Source of the DNA: Paraspadella gotoi
Taxonomy: Eukaryota; Animalia; Chaetognatha
NCBI GenBank assembly: GCA_051294375.1
Contig: CM119271.1
Location: forward strand, 8,237,788-8,301,787
Direction of reading: 5' to 3'
Length of the DNA stretch: 64,000 bases
Under the pieces are notes generated by a model, which saw only the letters and a list, made by a program, of their open reading frames with translations, made no database searches and was not told the origin of the DNA. This document shows positions 57,017-64,000 of the stretch, one piece after another; position 1 is the first letter of the stretch, and every line of letters starts with the position of its first letter. The position numbers were made by a program, and so were the translations under genes.

Positions 57017-57944
57017 TGATGCCGTTTCAGCTGGATGTTTATGTTCGTTTCACGGTTTCGTCATCGTGCAGGAGAAAGGAAGGACCGGGGGACTTGTGGG
57101 TTGTGGCCATATTTTCCCAGACCGCCCCATTTTATTTGAAATTCGAAACTAAATTAAAGATTAGGTCTAAAAATTAAGTTAAGGATAAGTATTAGGGTTA
57201 GGGATTAGGGTTAAAGATTACAGATTAGGCTTAGGGATTAGGGTTAAAGATTGGGTTATCGAAGTTATCGGCGCAACTAAAAATAGCGGCTGATTCAAAG
57301 AGAAAAAGGTAAAAGATAGATCGGCTTATAACTAATAGGATGGACGCGCGGACAGAAATCGAGAACTGATACCAAAGTCATATCGAGTTTTCCACATCGC
57401 AGTCAGTCGTCTTATCGAGACAGTCTTTAAGGGTTATCACTCGTTCAATGATGGATGATCCCTTCTTTTAAAAGAAGATCCGGATGAGGATTCGAACGCG
57501 CGACCTGCTGATCTTTTGCAGATCCGACGTCGGATGCGTGGGTTCATTGCCGATTAAAGATGACGAGCGAAGGAAGAGCCGCGGATAGGAGGCGCCGTTT
57601 CGAGTGATGAGTTTAAAAAAAAAGATTTTTTTTTTTTAAATAATTTTGTATTTTCTTTAAAACTTTCAAAAGAAATTTGCAGGAAGAAAAATGCTCATTT
57701 TTTCATACTTTGTGAAAATGTATGAAATCTTTATAAAATATTTTTTTTTAATATAAAAATGTCAAAATTTACTTGGAAACCAAAATTATTTGAGTTTGTT
57801 TTTAATCAAGACGATCGGAAAAAATACGAAATAAAATATAAAACGAACGCTAATTAGCGCCTGTCATTTTGGCAGGGTTTCCGCTTTGGCTTTTTCTTTG
57901 TTGTCAAAAACGGATTGAGAAAAAAAGAGAGAGAGAAATACTGT

Positions 57945-57988
<44 letters not shown>

Positions 57989-58886
57989 GAGAGTGAGAGT
58001 GATAGAGAGAGCAAAGGAGAAGAACAAACTTTTCTAAAAAAAATCATCAATCTTACTCTGAGCAAATGAGAGCTTTCTTCGCTCTTCAAGAATCAAAGGA
58101 GAAAAAATAATTAATTTCAGAGTCTTGGACGTTTTGCAAGCTAATTTAATGCAAAAATATCGTTTTTTCAGTCATAATATCGAAACGTCTTACTAAAATT
58201 ATTTTGGTTATTTTTAAATACTTCATCCAGAACGATCCAAAAATACTTGACAACAAACGAAGAAAGTCGATGATTGCAGACAATTAATTGGCAGCCAAAC
58301 CGGAAACTGTTTTGTCCCTTCGTTTTTGTTTCTCTTTTTTTTTCGAGTTTTTTTCGTTTTGTTTTGTTTTTTGTTTTTTCTTCTTTTGTGAACCGACGCA
58401 TAAACAATCAGCCAAGGTCGATCGAAATTCTTTTATTTTCCGGTTTTCCGATTTAAAAACATTGACTTCTCTTTCGAGATTCGAGGTGAATTCACGAATT
58501 TCCTACTAATTCGACCGGAATTTTTTTTTCATTTTCCCCTCGAGAAATACAAAAAAATATTAAATTTTCGCGCGGTTTGAAGAAAAAAAAAACATGGCGG
58601 ATGGAAATCGCGACTTACTTTGGGTGGTTGAGGAAATAAGGGGAATAAATATGAAGAAAGCGAGACGCTTAAAGGTTTTAGTGTAAAAATATTATGATAT
58701 TAAAAATTGAGTTAAATGCCGATCAATATTATATGGTTCGATTAGGATTGTACCCAAGTAGGATGTAGTATGTAGTATGACTTAGTATGTAGGTGGTTTA
58801 CATGGTTCCAATTATATGGGCTCAATACTATGTGGGCGGAATCCTATGTGTGCAGAATCATAGGTGGGCGGAATCCTATGTTGTGT

Positions 58887-58966
<80 letters not shown>

Positions 58967-61900
58967 TAATACTATGACCGCAATTATGTGGGCCCAATCC
59001 TACGTGGGCGGAATACTAAAGGGCGGAATCTTACGTGGGCCCAATCCTATGTGGGCGGAATCCTGGGTGGGCAGAATCCTACATGGGCCCAATCTTATCT
59101 GGGTGCAATCCTATGGGCGCAATCTTGTGGGTTCAATCCTGCGGACCCAATGCTAAGTGGGTGGAATCCTACATGGGTACAATCCTTTGGGCGCAACACT
59201 ATGGGCTAAATTCTACAGTGGGCGCAATGTCATGTGGGCGCAATCTTACGTGGGCGGAATACTATGGGTGAAATCGTATGTGAGCGCAATGCTACGTGGG
59301 TTCAATCCTAGGGGCGCAATTTTATGTGGGCACAATCCTGCTACCACCATATTATTATAATTATAATTATATCCATATCAATAAAGATGTGCGTAATAAA
59401 TTAAAACTTTTACGGAAAGACCCGACTTCATTCGTGGACATTGGGCTTACTGAAAATAGATTAACTTTATTTTGTCATTCCGATGTCAGGGACAAATATC
59501 AAAATCGAACACAATCGAAAGAAGGGCTAAAAGAAAATCGATGGAAGGTTCAACGTTCCGAAGAGACCACAAAAAAAAACAACCAAAAATAAAACCCGAA
59601 ACGAGAAAAACTCTAATAATTTTCTTTTTCTCTCTCAGAGTCATCACAGTAACGATTTCCCTCGACAAAGCACCTGCGTCGTTCGACAAGCATCCCCGCG
59701 GCGACGCAGCCTCGCGGCGGCGCTGCAGCGTCCGAAACGTCATTGCCTCTCGAGCCGGCACTCAAGCTACCGCCCTTCAGTGCCCCCTTCACTCGACCAA
59801 TGTCTTTCCATCGGCCGAACTTGGTGAAAAAACCTTTTCTAGTTTTTTTTTCACGCTCTGTTGGTCACCATATTACGGTAGAAGCAATGCTTTATTTTTT
59901 TCAGTCAAGTGCACACGCTCTTATATTTAAAATAACTACGTTCTACGTATTTTATAAAAGTCCATAATTGCCCAATTCCCCAATGCTCAATGATACCACT
60001 GGTAGAGGTACGAAATGATCAGCGGTCACTTTAATCGATCAGTTTTCTAATCATTTCCGTTTTTATGAAATTCATACAACCAATATGAAACTTATCTTTT
60101 CAATAAACAAGCTATGTTTGACTTTGGATCGGATATGTTACTTTTCTAATGTCCCACGTTTGCTAATGTTTTTTGGGTTTTTGTTTTTTTTCGAGTAATT
60201 TACGACAACGATAAAATTTAGTTCTCATCCTTTAGCGTGCACGCCGCTGCCGAGACACACGCGATAAGCCTCGGTTTTCCCGCCAAACCCTAGAAAAGTT
60301 TAAAATTCTTCCCCCCAACCCAATTTTCCTCTCACCTCGGTCCCTCGTCGTGAACGGCCATCCGTGAATACGGAACTGGTCCTTGTGATTGTAGAACCCG
60401 TCGTATCGCTTGTGAGGGACGTTGCGCGAAGCTCGTCGCGGACCGAAGTCGATGGAGAAACGAGACGTCTCGCTGCCCATGCGGAAGTTGCGGTAGACGG
60501 CGTAGCCGATCTGAGGACGGGAAGGGTGTCCGAGGTGGGGGTGTAGAGGGTGGTTTGAAATTGGTGGGGGCATTAGTGGAGAAGAGCTAGTGAAACAGTG
60601 TGAAAAAATTGGGGTGACAATTAATCACAGGATTTAAAGAATAAGTTTGAATTTTTATTTCCAACCAAAAAAATAAATTAAGAAAAAGGGTCATTCAAAT
60701 AAACTTCAAAATAGTCCAAAATGGAGTACAGATTCATAAAGCTGAGCTCCTGGCGATTCCGAAAATGTATTGTTTTAAACAACGAATTTATTAAATTCGC
60801 TGTTTAAAACAAAAATCTTTTAATGCTACTAACACAACGAAACGAAAGAATTAAAACAAAAAATACAAAAACTTCGTCGTTGAAATCAAAATTCAAACTT
60901 TTTCGTTACGATTTTACCTTAATTTTTTTTATTGGCGGTAAAAAACACAATGATGATCCAAAAACACAGCAGACTAGACTCTCTAACTTGACCGATTACC
61001 CGACTTATGACAGGACTGACATTACCGATTTATGACAGGACTGACATTACGATTATGACAGGACTGACATTACCGATTATGACAGGACTGACATTATCGA
61101 TTTATGACAGGACTGACATTATCGATTTTGACAGGACTGACATTATCGATTTATGACAGGACTGACATTATCGCATTTATGACAGACTGACATTACCGAT
61201 TATACAGGACTGACATTACCGATTTATGACAGGACTGACATTACCGCATTTATGACAGGACTGACATACGACTTATGACAGGAATGACATATCGATTATG
61301 ACAGGACTGACATTATCGATTTATGACAGGACTGACATTACCGACTTATGACAGGACTGACATTATCGATTTATGACAGGACTGACATACTAACATTATC
61401 CGGAGATGCGTAGATTGAAAGGTATTGAGGATTAAAAAAAAATATATAATGAAATTATTAAATGAATGAATAATTTTATATTGGTTGTACCAATTTCATA
61501 TCAGAGGCCGTGGCATTTCGAGAAAAAAGTAGGTCCATGGTGGTTTGTGGGTGTTTATTATGTGTTAAGTTTAAGTGAAAGTGAAAGTATAAGTGAAAGT
61601 GTTAAGCCAAAGTATTGAGTGAAAAGTGAATGTGAAAAGTGAAAACGTTGAGCACCGGGGGATTGAGAGCCTGTCATTGTCAACAAGTCAAAAGGATGGA
61701 CAGGCAGAAGAGAAAAGACACACGAGAATCTAACGCGTCGAACAAAAAAAAAGGGACAAAAGGGAAACAATTGTAAAGGAAATAGAAACGAAAGAGACTA
61801 AAAAGGGAAACAATTGTAAAGGGAATAGAGACGAAAAGGGACGAAAAGGAGAACAATTGTAAAGGGAATAGAGACGAAAGGACTAAAAGGGAAATAATTG

Positions 61901-62703
61901 TAAGGAATAGAAACGAAAGAGACTAAAGGGAAACAATTGTAAAGGGAATAGAACGAAAAGGGACGAAAAGGAAAACAATTGTAAAGGAAATAGAAATGAA
62001 AGGACGAAAAGGGAAACAATTGTAAAGGAATAGAGACGAAAACGGACGAAAAGGGAAACAATTGTAAAGGGAATAGAGACGAAAGGGACAAAAGGGAACA
62101 ATTGTAAAGGAAAAGAAACGAAAGGACTAAAGGGAAACAATTGTAATGAATAGAGACGAAAAGGGACAAAAGGGAAACAATTGTAAAGGGAATAGAAGAC
62201 GAAAAGGGACACAAAAGGAAACAATTGTAAAGGAAATAGAAATGAAAGGACAAAAGGGAAACAATTGTAAAGGGAAGAGACGAAAAGGACGAAAAGGGAA
62301 ACAATTGTAAAGGAAATAGAAACGAAGGACTAAAATGGGAAACAATTGTAAAGGATTAGAGACGAAAAGAGGACTAAAGGGAAACAATTCTAATGGGACT
62401 TGAGAAAAAAAAAAGGACAAAAAATGAACCAAAAAAAAAAAAAAAAATGGCGGGAAACCTGTGGGCGAAAGTCCCTCCTGGATAGAAGCCAGTCTCGTCT
62501 CCTCTCCACTTCATTTTCACCATGAGATCCAACGACGGCCTTTGTCCCTTCCAATCCGCCTTACCTCCTCCTCCTCCTCCCCTCCTCCGCCGCCGCCGCC
62601 GCCGCCGCCGCCGACCGCGTCTCGGTAAGTTGTGCAGAATCTCGTTCCCCAACCAAAATTCTCCGCTCTCTCCCAGAATCCCAGTTTGTAGTCGGCCCAG
62701 TCC
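50458..62703 (-). CDS. Fibrinogen-related domain (FReD/ficolin/angiopoietin-like) gene, 3' part; exons approx. 62703-62459, 60510-60336, 50649-50458; 5' exons not found in the window
   Basis: DWADYKLGF..ESGEFWLGNEILHNL...LDLMVKMKW; IGYAVYRNFRMGSETSRFSI...YDGFYNHK...HGWPFTTRDR; phase-1 junction to DNDD...NCA. The outer two exons carry indels. Confidence 0.8.
55988..56051 (+). repeat. Short dispersed repeat ATTATGAAATTGGTACAACCAATATAAAAATTAT...; other copies at 18091-18150 (-), 60064-60125 (+), 61455-61500 (-)
   Basis: Four copies recognised by eye in both orientations; possibly a transposon terminus. Confidence 0.7.
58815..59341 (+). repeat. ~16-17 bp minisatellite (TGGGC(G/C)(G/C)AATCCTA(C/T)G) interrupted by an (AAT)n tract at 58888-58970
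   Basis: Directly visible tandem units. Confidence 0.9.
61003..61388 (+). repeat. ~22-23 bp minisatellite TTATGACAGGACTGACATTA(C/T)CGA
   Basis: Directly visible tandem units. Confidence 0.92.
61750..62395 (+). repeat. ~40-43 bp purine-rich minisatellite AAAAGGGAAACAATTGTAAAGGGAATAGAGACGAAAAGGGAC
   Basis: Directly visible tandem units in a FReD intron. Confidence 0.92.
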
Positions 62704-62840
62704 CTGGTTTGAGGGGGGGGGGAGGGAAGAATAGAGGGAGGAGGGAGGGGGAGAGTTGATTATTTCGTGAAGAGGAAATGACGAGTTAAAGAAATAGAAA
62801 TATTAGATTTGATGGTCGTTGAGAAGTCACTTGTAGGAGG

Positions 62841-62888
<48 letters not shown>

Positions 62889-63910
62889 CAGGAGAGAGAG
62901 AGAGAGAGAAGAAAAGGAAGAAAAAAAAAAGATAACCTTGTCTCGGACTAAAAAAATATTAGAGAGGTGAGTTTGATGGACTGATAATTCTGAACAGTAT
63001 AAGCGACCACGTTGGCTCTTTGTAGTATGTATATATCAAAAGAGACATCTTGAAATATTTTACAATTTTTTAAATAATTTCTGTCTTCCCAGTTAAAGTT
63101 TAAAAAGCTGTTCCGAGAATAAGATCTTACGAGAATGTTGCGAATGATCGTTAAATTACCGTCGAATAAAAATATAAAAAAAACTTAAAGAAAGAGTAAA
63201 GAAGAGAGCGATAAAGAGAAGAGTAGATAGACAAGTTATCTGGTCGTTTATAATGTTATTTTAAATATTTTTACATTTACTGATAGGAAATGATGTCAAT
63301 ATTGTTGATGTAACATTTCAAATCAATCGACCCACGCGTTGAAAAATAATCTACAAAAAATGGTCATTTTCCACGCCCAATTTTTAAAACAAATCTGCGT
63401 TCGTTAAATTTTTTTTTTGGTTCCACTTAAATTTTTAGCTTTTGCCGAGTGACTTCATTGGTAATAAAAAAAAATGATTTTCTTTGATATCTTTTGAACC
63501 AAAAATGATAGAACGATGAGACTGGTATCATATTAAAGCCATAATTATGGGGCATTCTTTTCCATATAATTTTTTTCCAAATATTTCCACGTATTTTTTA
63601 AAAATCTGGATCGGAATCTTAGTCAAAAGTATAACAACTTTTGAAATTAAATTAAACACACTTGGCTGTATTTAAAAAAATAAATAAATATAGATTCCGA
63701 AAAAGAAAAGGTTGAATTATGTTTCTGATATAAACAAAAATTTTCTATACCTCAAATGTTTATATAATTACTAAGGATAATGAATTATCATTTTTGTTGA
63801 AAACAAAAAAATTTAAAAAATTCATGAAGGAACCTTAAAAAACATATGATTTAAATATGATTTAACAAAGTTTGGAAATGTTTTCGTCAACGATTTTTTA
63901 TTAGTATAAG

Positions 63911-63946
63911 GACATGTTTCGACTCTTCATTTCGAGTCTTCATCAG
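63911..63946 (-). ncRNA. Hammerhead ribozyme motif (minimal type I, Penelope-associated type)
   Basis: CTGATGA-A-GACTC-GAAATGAA-GAGTC-GAAA-CATGTC: intact core, perfect 5-bp stem II, palindromic ACATGT stem III, GUC cleavage triplet. Followed by the family tail AATAAAAATCGTTG. Confidence 0.72.
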
Positions 63947-64000
63947 CAGTAATGATGCATTAACAAATTTGTGTAAAAGAAGGAGAGAGAGAGAGAGAGA

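Noticed and set aside
61003-61388. Regular short repeats resembling a CRISPR array
   Set aside because: Units are head-to-tail with no unique spacers, the context is a eukaryotic intron, and there are no cas genes. It is a minisatellite.
61798-62432. Phe/Pro/Leu-rich repetitive ORFs, and similar ORFs at 58830-59360 and over (GA)n tracts
   Set aside because: Translations of minisatellites and microsatellites, with no splice or codon evidence.

Overview
Eukaryotic (invertebrate animal) genomic DNA from a draft assembly with N-gaps and error-rich duplicated stretches. At 5.8-19.7 kb there are six tightly packed + strand genes: a trefoil/GH31 alpha-glucosidase-like gene with degenerate catalytic motifs, DYNLRB, IFT43, BBS10, GMDS and SPATA17. 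Four of these are cilium-related, and the arrangement looks like a trans-spliced operon. At 20.1-23.2 kb (minus) is an 8-exon gene for a ~413-aa protein made of 11 copies of a 25-aa Trp/Tyr/His-rich repeat that I do not recognise. At 24.1-33.8 kb (minus) is an atypical opsin (retinal-binding Lys present, DRY and NPxxY altered) with duplicated exons and an intronic tRNA-Lys(CTT). Within it lies a ~680-bp miniature LTR element whose LTRs carry a tRNA-like module. At 40-63 kb (minus) are exons of a fibrinogen-domain gene. The window also holds five minimal hammerhead-ribozyme motifs of the Penelope type, a hAT-like MITE with an 8-bp TSD, telomere-like repeats and several mini/microsatellites. All gene models were spliced by eye and no database searches were run.
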